Shown in pieces: positions 50,874 through 63,384 of a DNA stretch of 64,000 bases (position 1 is the stretch's first letter; the number at the start of each line of letters is the position of its first letter). The position numbers and the translations under genes were made by a program. The DNA is from Patellaria atrata CBS 101060. Lineage: Eukaryota. Location of the stretch: assembly GCA_010093705.1 (NCBI GenBank), contig MU006089.1, positions 2,095,561 to 2,159,560 on the forward strand, given 5' to 3'. The notes beneath the pieces are model-generated. The model ran no database searches. It was not told where the DNA came from and saw nothing but the letters and a program-made list of their open reading frames with translations.

Positions 50874-53179
50874 TTATTTCGTCGAATCGTCGGACGGGTT
50901 TCTATCGTGCAGCGGCTTCCGAGGAATGGAGTGGTTGCTCCCCGTCTGTGTCAGCGGCACTCCTCCCGAGAAAGGCGAGAGAAGGCTCCCGCTGTGATGC
51001 GGCTGCTCTGGCGACACAATCCCATCATCTTCGACCATATGTGGGCTCGGAAAGCGTTCTGAAGGCGGGCTTGGGAAGCGCTCCGTAGGTGGGCTGACCA
51101 AGTACTCCGCGGGCGGGCCTATCAAGCGCTCTGTGGGCGGACTTGGTGCACCGTCTGTGGATGGACTTGGCGCTCTTTCTACGGGTGGATCCGGTCCGCT
51201 CTCGATCAGCGGAGTTGGTGCTCGTTCTGCGGGTCTCTGCTCTAGTCCGAGGCCGAGATCTCCAGCTGCAGGTGCATTTTCAGTGGGAATGCCCGAGATC
51301 AGAGAGACGGGTAGATCGGGCGCCGTAGGTGATTTCTCCGTGGGCATCTCGGCCCTTTTAGGGACGATGAGGCCGTCCGGATTGCGGTTTCGTGCCGCGT
51401 TCGGTGAGCTCTCGCCTGGCATCTCGTGGATGGGCTCTCGAGCGCCTGGTGTGCCAATGGAGAAGTAGTCTATTGATCTGTGGCCCATGGACAGCGGCGG
51501 CGACCCGGGATCTGGGCTCTCAAGTTCGCTGCGTCCACTCTGGTCCGACGCTAGGCGCTTATGGTGCCCGTAGTAAGAGGTGAGGGGGCCGCCTAGCGGA
51601 GGTGATTCCATCTCGTGTACTTGGTGTCGCGAATTCATCTGTGAATGTGAGTGCATGGAGGCCATATACGCCGGAAGTTCGGAGGAGACGACCGTGCTGA
51701 CTTCAGTTCGGTCGTCCAGGAGCTTCTTTCGGTTTTGGCGCCTGCGTTTGAAGAAGAACCAGCCGGCAGCCAGTAAGAGCACAGCTAGTACTCCGAAGAC
51801 GATACCCACTATAGCGCCAGTGGAAAGGCCTCTACCTCCTGATGAGGTTTCGAACGAAGGATTGATGATGGGCACTACCTGTGGCTCTGGTCGACTTTCG
51901 GTCCAGTTTACTCTGGATAGAGACCAATTTTTCTGGTCGTAGTCGACGGTCACATAAGCTTCCTGGAGGAATGTCCGACCGAAGGTATATGCCATACTTC
52001 CTTCCGCGCGTTTTATTGGGAAGTAGTGTTTCGCCTCGTTATAAAAAGGCCATGAAACATCCTGATCAAAAGCAGCATAAGGTAGGTCGACTTGAAGAGC
52101 TTGGTCCTGTTCATCCGCCCTTGTTAATCGAATACCTATCGTTATCCCGTCGAGATTATTCTGCCGTTGTTGATTGCTCAATGTATAAAGACCAGTTTCG
52201 TTATCGAACTTCAATCCCAAGGCATCGCTTAGTTTGTCGCATACAGCGGGTGGTAACCATAGATAGGGGAGTGTCGAGTCTATATTGACCTCAAAGTTCT
52301 GGTACACACCTCCCATGACAGATTGCGCATTCCCCCCTCCTGTCCTTACTGTCATATCTGACACCAGTACCTTTAGGGCTTCAGAATCGTTCGCATCTAA
52401 CGGCATTGATATTTCAGAGTCTGGCGCATCGGAGTCCAACCGACGGGACCGATCGTATCCACCAAGAACAAGACTCCCAAAAGTATTATTCCCTAGAGTT
52501 ATTAGACTCATTTCTCTAGGTATTGTCGAACGACAAGCGACGCCCTACAGGAAGCACCATAACCGAAAATCGATTACTTACTATAGTATGCGCCCGCAGT
52601 ATAACCATAAGACATACTAGGTATCCGAGGAGATTCGGCGGACGAGGAATTCAATGTTGACAAAAGACTTTGGTAAGTGTGACTGAACAACTTCACCCCC
52701 CCATGTGCTAACCCGAAAAGACCCATGAAATAATTGACTGTTTTAATTGACACGACAAGAGAGTCGTCTAGCTGTATGCTTGAATTATAACCAGAGTGCA
52801 ACGAAACTGTATCGGTTGCATATAATCCACTGCTATTCGACCACGGCTCTCCATAATGTGTTTCCGTCTCGATCGATGGGAAGACGAGCTTGAAAATGCC
52901 AATCACAGTATAGCTATTAGACAACGAGGTATTGTAACCTTCGTTTCGTCTATTACCGAAGGACTGTGCACCACGCAGTTCTGGACAATCGTCTGGAGCA
53001 TCAGTTCGATTGCAACCATCTGGTATTGGTAGCCATAGTCCTGCTGAGCTCAAGGACGGTAGCACATGAAACTGTTGTCCTGAAGTACCAGCATCGACGA
53101 CAAAGGTCGACCAGTGTCCATCATTTCCCTCGAATTTCTCCGAGACTGGGAAGATATAAGGCGTAGGTATTGTTGCCAT
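50874..53179 (-). CDS. Type-I membrane pepsin-family (A1) aspartic protease-like protein, probably catalytically inactive; intron ~52493-52581; start uncertain
   Basis: EGNDGHWSTF, IPSMSYGYTAGAYY|RNNTFGSLVLGGYD, IDSTLPYLWLP, FGRTFLQEAYVTVDYD, TM GAIVGIVFGVLAVLLLAAGWFFF-KRRR, Pro-rich cytosolic tail. Confidence 0.85.
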
Positions 53180-54800
53180 GGAAAGCGTGAGGATGTGACG
53201 GAGAGAGGAATCGAATTGCTTACATTGGGTGAAGATAGACAAGAGAAAGCTGAAGATCCCGAGATTAGAAGCTAACGAGACGCAGGCTTCCGAGGCTATG
53301 GTTGTACAAGCTAACATATACAGTAGGTCAACTGATAATTGATTGTCATCTATCCATGGGTGCTGAAGGATTTGGGGGAGGTGGGTTGTAAGCAAACAGT
53401 TGTAGCTTCCGACCATAGTGCACCCCGCTCTCATCGGCCTCTCAGCGAATGGGGATATAAGCTCTCGAGGCCTCGACGCTTCAAAGACCATTGTTACATT
53501 TCGAAGACCGCAGTTTTTTCTTTCGTTGGCGAGAGATTATTGGGGGCCATTTTGGGGTGAGGTTGCAGCGGCAGGTCAACTTTGCAGAACCTTTGCAGAT
53601 TTCGACAGGGCCAAGGCTAACCATAAGAGAAAGCCATATAGTAACTCAGCCGGATATAGGCAAAGATTACCAGGACAACAGGTACATTGCCTCATTCCAT
53701 ACATCCGGTCAAAGTTAGAGTGTCCGTTTTACTGGCTGTCATGAATATTCCTACGTCGTTTACCTTAAGAGTTTGTATATAAATGCTGGTAAGTTCTTGC
53801 TCGCAAGGCTATCGGGGCGTCCAGTAGTTGTCGTGGAGGTCAATCTATATCCATGCTAAATGTTGTCTAGTTCGAGTATGGCGCGCACGGCAGGGCTCGT
53901 GGAGGGGATAATGCCCTTGTGCTTACATGCAGATGGTGGTAGCCGAAGATCTATCAAAGACCTCCATATTGGCTTTACATTGGATAGATCTGCATGATTG
54001 GCTGAGTTTGGCTGACTCCGTGGCTCAACATTGGGTCGTTATGCGAGAGACGGCGTTGCTTACCATTCTGAGCTATTCCACAACGGCCCGCATCGCACAA
54101 ACTCACCAATTTTTCCCGCATGCTACACCATCCGAACTACTACTCCCACCAACCTCTCATCACCAACTGTCAATCCGGCTTCCCTCCCCCAAAGTGCTTT
54201 TCACAAAATGACCCCGGAAAACCTTTCAGCGGCGAGTAGCTCCCAAGTCTACCCTTGTCCTATCACCGTTTACCAACCAATAACCAGCACGGCATTAATT
54301 ACCGTTTAAGAACTGTTTCTGTCTGCCTAATAGAGGCTGAAGATGCTGACTGGTCTAGAAAACCCGACGACCCTCGATACGGCTTCTCGAGTGGCTATCT
54401 TTGACTCTAAGGATTGGTGCCGAGCGTCGTTGCGTGCGTTGATCTGTATTGATCGCAAGAATCTTTTCGTATTCCAATTGCCCTCGGTCAAGGTATACCC
54501 GTTCTAAATGATCGGATGCATCATGTTGCATCCTTTAAGCAGGAAAGATGTACGTTCCTGTCGGATCTTTTCGCTGGCAGTCCAGGATTGTAATGTGGTC
54601 CCGCACCTGTAATGCGAGACTATATCACCTGTTTGCCGCAAAGCTGTTCCCTAGCTCTGCCTCTCTCCTCCAGGTTTTGCTACTCCTCTAATTTCTCTCT
54701 AGTTAAACACTCAGAGCAATTGCTATATTGCTGAACTAGAAGACTCGTCCCATCGTGCTCCAACACCGTCAGTCGTTTCGGGACTTTCTTTCTAGGAAAG

Positions 54801-56495
54801 ATGAAGGCACTATCATCCAAGTATTTCTTCGCCGCAAGTGGACTTCTAGGTGAGAGTTGGTAACTTTAACTTCATCTTTGAGGTTTTACTAATGAACTTT
54901 ACAGTGACGTCGGTGCTAGCACAGTCCTGCGAAGATGTGCAACATGCACTGGACATTGATGCGATTGAACTCGAGTACCCTAATCAGGTCATTATCTGGA
55001 GAGGACCTACTAGAACAACTGAGGTCCACATCACAGCTTATCCTGACGGAAACGAAGTGACGTCTACCAAAGTTGTCACTGTCCCAAATCTGGTTACTAC
55101 TCCCCTTACGTGGGAATATAAAGGGGTGGTTTTGTAAGTATATCAAGATCAGACAATCAAGCATTACTAAGTATACTGTGTTATAGAACCTATCCAAATA
55201 CGTATCTTGCTTATACCAAATTCTATCATGCGTATCCAGTACAAGAGGATGGAAGTTGTACAGTAACCAGCACCGCATTGCGACTTCCTACGCCGGTTGC
55301 GTATGAGAATTTCGTTTACGGAAACGTATCAAATGATGAGGCGCCAATTGAGCTCATTGATTATCTCAGCGGCATACCTCAGGTCATGGCACAGCTTTCA
55401 GGCGCCGAAGTGACTCCTTCTCTCAATGTATTCGCGGCTGCGACGACTTCCGCCACCAACTCGGGAGTAGTCACATCCCCCGGTCCAGAAACAGGAATCG
55501 ACGACCCTGAGCCGACCGCGACCAGTAGAACAGTTACCCCTTTTCCTATAACCGCAAACGGCACCGAGCCCACCAGTGATAGCGAAACCCCCACGAGTGA
55601 ACCCACGGAAAGTTCCGCTCCCACTCCCACCGAATCGGAAAGCACAACAACTACTCCGATTGAGCCTACCAGTACTCAACCAAGCACGACACCGTCTCCC
55701 TCTACAGATTCTCCTTCGACTGGACTGGATAATACACCCTCTCCTTCTAGCGGATCTGGGACGACTGAGGAGTCATCATTGGGGGAAACTACTATCACTG
55801 AGATAGTAAGCGTTTCCGAGAGCACAGCGCAGACAGAAACCTTGCCGCCTACTTCAACAGACAATACTACTGGGGGTGGGACTACTACCGCAGAAGACGC
55901 TACAACGCCTGGAGAACCCGCCCCTACTGAAGGGACCACGACAGCGGGAAATACTTCAAATGGTGAGGAAACTTCCACTGTTTCTTCAGGGTCCGAGAGT
56001 CTGCCTCCCGACTCTTCTTCTGAGTTTTCTACTAACCCGTCTTCTCCTGCTACTAACCCATCTACTACTACTCCTCTTCCGTCTTCTGCTCCATCCTCTA
56101 ATCCTCTCACTTCTCAATATTCCATAGAAACTTCAGCTGAGACTATGCCATCAGGTGGCTCAACAATTGGAGCTGTGCCGTCGGAGCTTGAGTCCTCTCC
56201 AGCCGTTATTACGCTAACATTGGACTCTTCAACCCTTCTTGTTCCTACTGAGTCTCCTGAAGCTACCGAGGGTGTCATCACGCTCACAGTAGGGAGTACA
56301 ACCTTTGTAATACCCACAGGAACTAGGGACGATAGTGGAGGCGTTGTAACAGTTACATATGCCTCTTCAACCTATGTCATTCCAACAGCCCCACCGTTCA
56401 CGGGGGCTGCAGTTCCACGAGGAGCGGGACTATCATCGCATACTATCGAAGCATTGGTTATTGGTGCGGTTGGATGGTTGTTACAATGGATATAG
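54801..56495 (+). CDS. Secreted Ser/Thr/Pro-rich, probably GPI-anchored cell-surface protein (3 exons)
   Basis: Signal MKALSSKYFFAASGLL|VTSVLAQ. Introns 54850-54904 and ~55134-55187. Long S/T/P/E stalk. C-terminal FTGAAV...ALVIGAVGWLLQWI* resembles a GPI signal. Confidence 0.8.
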
Positions 56496-57149
56496 TGGCA
56501 AGCATTCTGTTTTCATTTTCATGATTCCCCTTTCACGCAGTCATGCTGTTTATGTTTCACGGGATGAGTATCTCCTAACTAATTTATAATTCTTATGGTG
56601 GAGGTTTTAATGTCCTAGGGGCATGGGGAAGTTTGGTATAGGTACCTGCAGTCATACGGCAGACTTACCTTCTGGATCAAAGAGAAGAGAGATCCTGCTC
56701 GGAGCGCAAGGCTTTTGGACGAGTCGAGAGTTAAGGACTCGGATTGTTATTTTTGGCTCGAGGCTTCCCAGTTTATTTGTATTATATCAGACGAAGACGG
56801 AAACAAAAAATCAACTGTAACTTGAAACTGCGACGTGATTATAAAGTTACCGGAAGCTTAAGCAGGAATAAGGTTCATCCGTACGGTTAGAGATCGCTCA
56901 CTTGATGAAGGAAATGAATCAATTTCAATTTCCTAAAGAAGCAACAGAATTACTAACGGGTGCTAAGCTAATAAGACATAGCAACGATGCCTGGATGGTG
57001 ATTTGTTGTCATACGCCGCTAAGGTTTAAGGATCAAACATGGCATGATGCTGCAAGATTTCTTAACGGTCACTAAATCGGTAGCTTACACTAATCTTCAA
57101 CCACTAATTGTAGCTATACAGTAAATACCTAAAAACATATAACTCCCGG

Positions 57150-58100
57150 TCCTCGCATGCATGTCTCACTCTGACCTTTCTGGGAACAAAGTCTGCCAGC
57201 AAGTCCGGCAGAAAAGTTTCCGTTCCTGTCCAAATTGGTACGGGATTGTCGGGTCTAAGATCGGGGCTGACTACCACGTACGTATCACTTGGGTCAAAGC
57301 CTATCTGGCTAACCCACTGAAGTTTGCCTTTCTCAACTCGACTTAAACGTTTGGATGTCTGTTTGGGTCTTCGCAGATCTGGTCTAGAACCTCCAGCAAG
57401 TCAGTAGCGGTGACAGCCACACTTTCTTCTTGCTTCCACTATAATAACAAGGGATAAATAGGGTCAAATTCTTCGCCGCTGATCCGGGTCTTGACGTAGG
57501 CGACTTTTCTTCTACTATCTGATCTGACCATCAGTAAACTCGGGCGGATCAGGTCACCAGTTCGGCCTGTTACCGGCTTTGCTTCTAAAGAATACTTGTG
57601 GTTCGAACTTTGTCTGCCTACCAGCTCGTTCCGTACGATCACGTGCGACATAATCGGGCCCGGCAGAGAAGATGCCCTTCAGCGAAGAGGTTCAGTTCAG
57701 TAGCTACCCAGCTCTTCACATCGGTAATAACTTTCAAATGCGGCTTATTATTCGTGAAGGCGAGGTACCCGAAGGGCTGTTGCTGTCCGATAATCTCTTC
57801 TAGCAACTGCTGTAGACTCTCTTCCACTATCTCTGGTGTGATCTGACCATGCGTTATCTGGATCTTCGATATCCGGTGTTGCCTGGCGCCTTTTCCTTTG
57901 GAGTCCGTCTCGCCGTCACTACTGGCCGGTCCACTGTCGGCTTCGGCAACCATGGTGTCGAGGGCTGAATATTCTTCACCGGTTCCTTTTAGTTCAGCTA
58001 TCTTAACGGTCAGTCTAGTCTGGATATCCTTCTTACTCCTTGCTCCACGGCTTTACTTTGTGTAGCTATCCTTTAAGACGATCCGATTTTAAGACTATCA
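57150..58100 (-). mobile_element. Degenerate retrotransposon gag-like remnant with RIP-type stop codons
   Basis: Minus-strand frame reads RRKVAYVKTRISGEEFDPIYPLLL*WKQEESVAVTATDLLEVLDQICEDPNRHPNV*VELRK, resembling fungal Gypsy-type gag. Stops are TAG/TAA (CAG/CAA to TAG/TAA). A downstream CxxC may be a decayed zinc knuckle. Confidence 0.55.
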
Positions 58101-59493
58101 GCTAACGGTGCCGTAGTAACTACCGGTCTTGATACTCTCATGCACCGGATCTCGGCCATGGAGCTCGGCTGCATGCAGACTCCTGAACGACCCGCAAGCC
58201 AGAAGATCCCCTCTGCCGTTCTGGTCAAACGTCCAAGAGGTCGCCGTGGTCGGGTTAGGTCAAATCTCGGGCCGTCCTATCCGGCCGGAAGAACTGTCAG
58301 GTCAGGATGGCACGTGGGTGGTCACACGGCCCGAAATATACCCGCTCCAAAAGACATCCCACTCTTTCACTTCGCCAGAAAGTGAACTTTCACCAGCTCA
58401 ACCAAAAAGCTTATGTCGCACATGAATCTTCGAGATTATTTAACGAGATATCAGATATTTATGTTAATTTCTCCTTTTATCAACGATTAAGCAATGGCCA
58501 AAAAAATCTCGCCCTTGTAAAGAAAAGAGTTTGTTTTTTGCCGAGATATGGTATATTTCCCGTTACCCCTATCCATTCCTACTTTCATACATCCAAATCC
58601 ACACAAGGGAAAGAAGGAAAACAGCACAGTAACAATCCCCTACTAACAAATTACATGATTTCTATTTTACTGTCTTCACTGTTATGACTAGAATTAGTAC
58701 CATTTTCAGTGTTACAAGATCCAACTGGAATAGGGGCAATGCAACTTGCGTGGAAGTTTATTCGTATCAATATTTCGGAATGATACCAAAGTTATGATTT
58801 CGGATCTTCAGGGAAAAGTTGATCCGCAAGTATACATATTACGCATGAATATAAAACCAATTTTGGTTTGAGTGTTTATGATACCTGAATGGTTATTGGG
58901 AGATGGTGAAGAGGACTACCTTAGGAGTCTAATGAAAGTAAAATCCTGGAACCACTGTCTTTTTTTGACTGAACGCAAGCCCTTTATGGTGTGATGTATC
59001 TCGTGTCTAGTGGTATCATCCTTGGTACGGTTCATCTCATATACCTTTATCTACTTTACAGTACCCCCTTTCATACACAGATCTCAACAGCTAAATGGCT
59101 TCTACATATAAGAGAAATATATGAAGAAGAACAAGGGACGTATTAAAAAGGATAGCATACAGGGGAAAAATTGGATTGAAATATAATGCAGGGAATTGAG
59201 GAGCAAAGGATACAGTGGAGTTAGTTCACTTTTTCTAAAAGCTTGACTCGGACTGCAAAGTTTGGACAACTAGAGAGTTTCACTCCTCAGACACTCTCAC
59301 TAGACATATTATTGCCCTAGGATAGGGATTTATGTGAATAGAAGAGTAGCGCCATAGCCCTAGAGGCTGCATGCGCAGTATTGTAGATAATGCAATGCAA
59401 TGGATTTTAATAAAAAAAAAAAAGAGTAAGATAGTAAGGTTATTACCTTGAATATCATAAGTATCATATCAATTGAACTTTTTCATCGGCATG

Positions 59494-60973
59494 CTAATAC
59501 GTTCGGTGGCCTTGGAATGCAGACAGGTCGTGTATAAAATATCCCCTACCACGATGTTGATTTTGAGTATTGAACTTATAGGTTGGAAGGTATGGCGTTG
59601 CATCTNNNNNNNNNNNNNNNNNNNNNNNNNNNNNNNNNNNNNNNNNNNNNNNNNNNNNNNNNNNNNNNNNNNNNNNNNNNNNNNNNNNNNNNNNNNNNNN
59701 NNNNNNNNNNNNNNNNNNNNNNNNNNNNNNNNNNNNNNNNNNNNNNNNNNNNNNNNNNNNNNNNNNNNNNNNNNNNNNNNNNNNNNNNNNNNNNNNNNNN
59801 NNNNNNNNNNNNNNNNNNNNNNNNNNNNNNNNNNNNNNNNNNNNNNNNNNNNNNNNNNNNNNNNNNNNNNNNNNNNNNNNNNNNNNNNNNNNNNNNNNNN
59901 NNNNNNNNNNNNNNNNNNNNNNNNNNNNNNNNNNNNNNNNNNNNNNNNNNNNNNNNNNNNNNNNNNNNNNNNNNNNNNNNNNNNNNNNNNNNNNNNNNNN
60001 NNNNNNNNNNNNNNNNNNNNNNNNNNNNNNNNNNNNNNNNNNNNNNNNNNNNNNNNNNNNNNNNNNNNNNNNNNNNNNNNNNNNNNNNNNNNNNNNNNNN
60101 NNNNNNNNNNNNNNNNNNNNNNNNNNNNNNNNNNNNNNNNNNNNNNNNNNNNNNNNNNNNNNNNNNNNNNNNNNNNNNNNNNNGGTTGGGTTTGCGGGTT
60201 TGCGGGTTAAGGGGGAGGAAAGTAGATAGCTTGGGACTTTTTGGTCTGGGTGGGATGGAAGGGGGATTAAGGTTTGCGTCGTAGGGTTCTAAAGTGTCTA
60301 GGGGCGCATAGGGCCTCATGTATTGCTGTGTGTGAGGAGGGGAGGTGAGTGTGAGAATGCAATCTTGGAGTGCTTTCGGAGAGTCTGGAGGAGAAATGTC
60401 CATTGGTGCATCATCTTGGCCCGTACGTGGGGAATCCGGAAAGGATGTATGCACTGGTTCATCATCCTGGGCCGTAGGCGGAAGTGAAGAGGGAATAGGA
60501 TGCAGTTGCTGGAGGGGATTATTTGGTCCCAAGCGTAAAGGGTCTGTCTCGAATAAGACGAAGTCAAGGGGGTCGGCCGTGCAAAAGTTATCGATATCAG
60601 GAAAGAGTGGTAAGGGATTATTCTCAGGAGAAGACGTTGTGAGAGATATCCAGGGGAGGGCTGGAAACAATTGGAGAGTATCGTTTGAGGGAGAGCTTGC
60701 GGTTAGTACTACCGTGGGGATGGAGAGTTGTGTCAGAGTATTCGCAGCGAGTAAGGTATCCACTGGGGTTGACTTTGTTATAGTTCCCAGGGAATCGCCT
60801 GTTGTTGGGCTGTCAACTCTCTCCCCAGGGTTTCCATTCTTTTTCGTGGATCGGTTTGCAGATTCCAGCTGTGTGACTTGAGAGGTTGTTCTCGTGAGAC
60901 TATCGTTGCTTACGGGATTGAGGGCGTTCGATTTGGGAAAAGTTGGTTGGGCCTCCTCTGAATTGGTAGACAT
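59494..60973 (-). CDS. Hypothetical Pro/Ser/Thr-rich protein interrupted by assembly gap
   Basis: About 260 open codons from MSTNSEEAQ into the gap, with short internal repeats. The 3' end is guessed from an open frame after the gap (...FQGHRTY*). Confidence 0.45.
59606..60183. other. Assembly gap (N run)
   Basis: Run of n. Confidence 1.
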
Positions 60974-61416
60974 GCTGAATATTTGAATTCTAGTATCAAA
61001 ATGGATCGATAAGTATGTCTGTAGAAGATATAGCAGTATCGTCATAAGTCTAGATATAAAGCGAGTAGAGTGACTTTAGACAGATATTATCTCGAAAGGT
61101 ATGAGATAAAGAAGATTGTACTTTCCGTTTCAATGAGATCGCCCCTGGACTGGGAAGGAGATATGAGCTGGATCCGAACGGAAAGAAAAAATCGTTACAA
61201 GCGAGAAAGGAGTCACATAAACTAATCGCAACTGATAATTCTTGTAAATTGAATTACAAAGCTCTTCTCAATGCCATCTTTGTATGTGCATACGTATCAT
61301 ATTGTCGTATACGAGGTATCAATTCAAGTTGACGAGCTGCTTGAGACATATTGAAAATATCAACGACAAAACGCGGACTTAAGTGTGAGAGACATAAGTG
61401 AGATCAAATATAATCT

Positions 61417-63384
61417 CTAGTGAGGGTAGTGAATGCCAGTACGTCCAACATTATCCGAATGGTATAGACACTCTTTACTGTGCGCAGTATTTCCCTCCTT
61501 TCTTATTCTATCGTAGGATGAGAGACACTGCCAGCAGAATTCCTAAATATTAAGTCAGTTATGATTAGCTTGCTAGTTTGATGGAGTATTATTTACCTGC
61601 CCGCATTTAGAGCATGTCATATGGTCACAGCCCACTGAAGATCTTTTGTCAGCATCAAATGTTAGTGGTTGTAAAGGGACTATTCAATACTAACCCGACT
61701 TTTCTATTCTCCATCCACATTTCTTCCCTGGACATTGTTTTGATGTAGTATTCATCAATGCTGTAGAAGCAGCCTCTTCCGCATCCCTTCGCTGCTTTCC
61801 GCTGACTCTATACTCGTATTGCTCGCACGACTCTCCCGCATGCCACTTAACCCTATGTTTTATACAGTGTTCAGAATTGCAGCTTATGCATATAAATTTC
61901 TGCAACGATGGATCATTACTGCTCATCTCCTGCAGCTGCCCAGAGCCACATCCGGGAGCTATACACCATATGAAGTTCGGATCTTGAGCTAGTAGTGCCC
62001 TAGCGACAAGGCGATCATACCTACACAATATGAGGTTAGAAATATAGCTGGAAACAGAAATTTTGCAGATATACCTCTCAAAATCTTTTGTAGATGCACC
62101 TCGAAAAATATCCTCATGTTGCATCTCCTTCCCACATTCGGGACATGTCAAACGTTCCCAGCCTTTACTTTCTAGATCTGACGCTATCCACTGTTCTAAA
62201 CAACCAGAGCAAGTATTTACACCATGTTCACAATAGGACGTCGGAGGTTTTACTGGAAAATCAAGCGGTTCCAGATCGTCAGCGCAGACCATACATGTTC
62301 GTTTCTTTGGAGCATTCAGCTGCTGTTGTCGAATCTCTTCCTCTTCTTGTAACTGTTTCGCGAGTTTCAAATCATCCTCAAGTTGACGTTTCTCTTCTTC
62401 AAGGGAGTTTATGAGGAACGCTATGTAATTACCCTCCGGTTCATCTTGGGCTAAATGCTGCCCACTTCGTCTTATCGGATGAACGAATGCTTGTGAGGAA
62501 TCGCTCAAAGTTGGCACCACTCCAGGATCTGAGAGTCTGTACCGCTTAATATCTCTATGTTTCTGGTTGAGCTTTTCAGCTCTTGGGACTGGTCCAAGCA
62601 TTTGGCTTTGTGGAATGTTACTACAGTTGTTATTCATGGGCTGACCCGTACCAACACCTTGAAAGCTTTTGAGTTGAATGCTTGTAGCCGTCCTTGAATT
62701 ATTCAATGTGGATGTTGACGCTTGCGTTGAAAGCAAGGATTTGGAGGATGATTCGTGCCAAATACCATGATGAGGTAAATATCCATTTTGATTTTGAGAG
62801 CTTCGCTTTGAAAGCCGTTCGACAGCTGTATTAGGACATTTGAAAGAGCTTGCTGCGTCGCTACGTCTAGATCTTTTAGCATTCGGACGATTTCCTCGAG
62901 ATATACCTGACGTAGCTTTAGGTATGTGAGCAGAGTTCGATACTCCTAATGGATCCAAGAATTCTATAATTGACTGCTCATTGGTACCTCGGATAGAACT
63001 AGAAGTGGACCTGCCAGACTGGTATCCCTGGTCAAGTTGGTCCTTTGGAAATGACTTGGTTCCAAGTTCACTATTCATCGGAACAGGGAGTTCGTTCCTC
63101 CTCAGACCCATATCGGAGGAGGCCGAGGATCGTGGTGAATAGAATGTCTTTACATCTGATTCGGGCAGGCTTGCATTTTGGGATATATCAATCATAGGAT
63201 TCCTAGGTATAGACTTTACAAGCTCGTCCTTCATGACGTTTGCTAACTCCATCGGGGAGTCCCTTTCTCTAAAATGATTAGGGAGACGCTGATATTGTCC
63301 TGACGAATTCTTTTCGCTGTTAGGTAGAAGCGACTTGGAATTTGACCCTTTACCTTTCGTAAGTCTCTCCACAAGTTGAAGCAT
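61417..63384 (-). CDS. RBR (RING-IBR-RING2) E3 ubiquitin ligase with long disordered N-terminus, 4 exons
   Basis: RING1 CMVC...CEH...CSGC...CPEC, IBR WCIAPGCGSG...CISCNSEHCIKH...WH...C, RING2 KQCPGKKC...IEKS|VGCDHMTCSKCGQ|EFCWQCL. Introns 62021-62074, ~61636-61694 and ~61543-61596. Confidence 0.9.

Noticed and set aside
59473..60284. Long plus-strand ORFs spanning the N run (also around 18224-18559)
   Set aside because: These are artefacts of translating assembly gaps.
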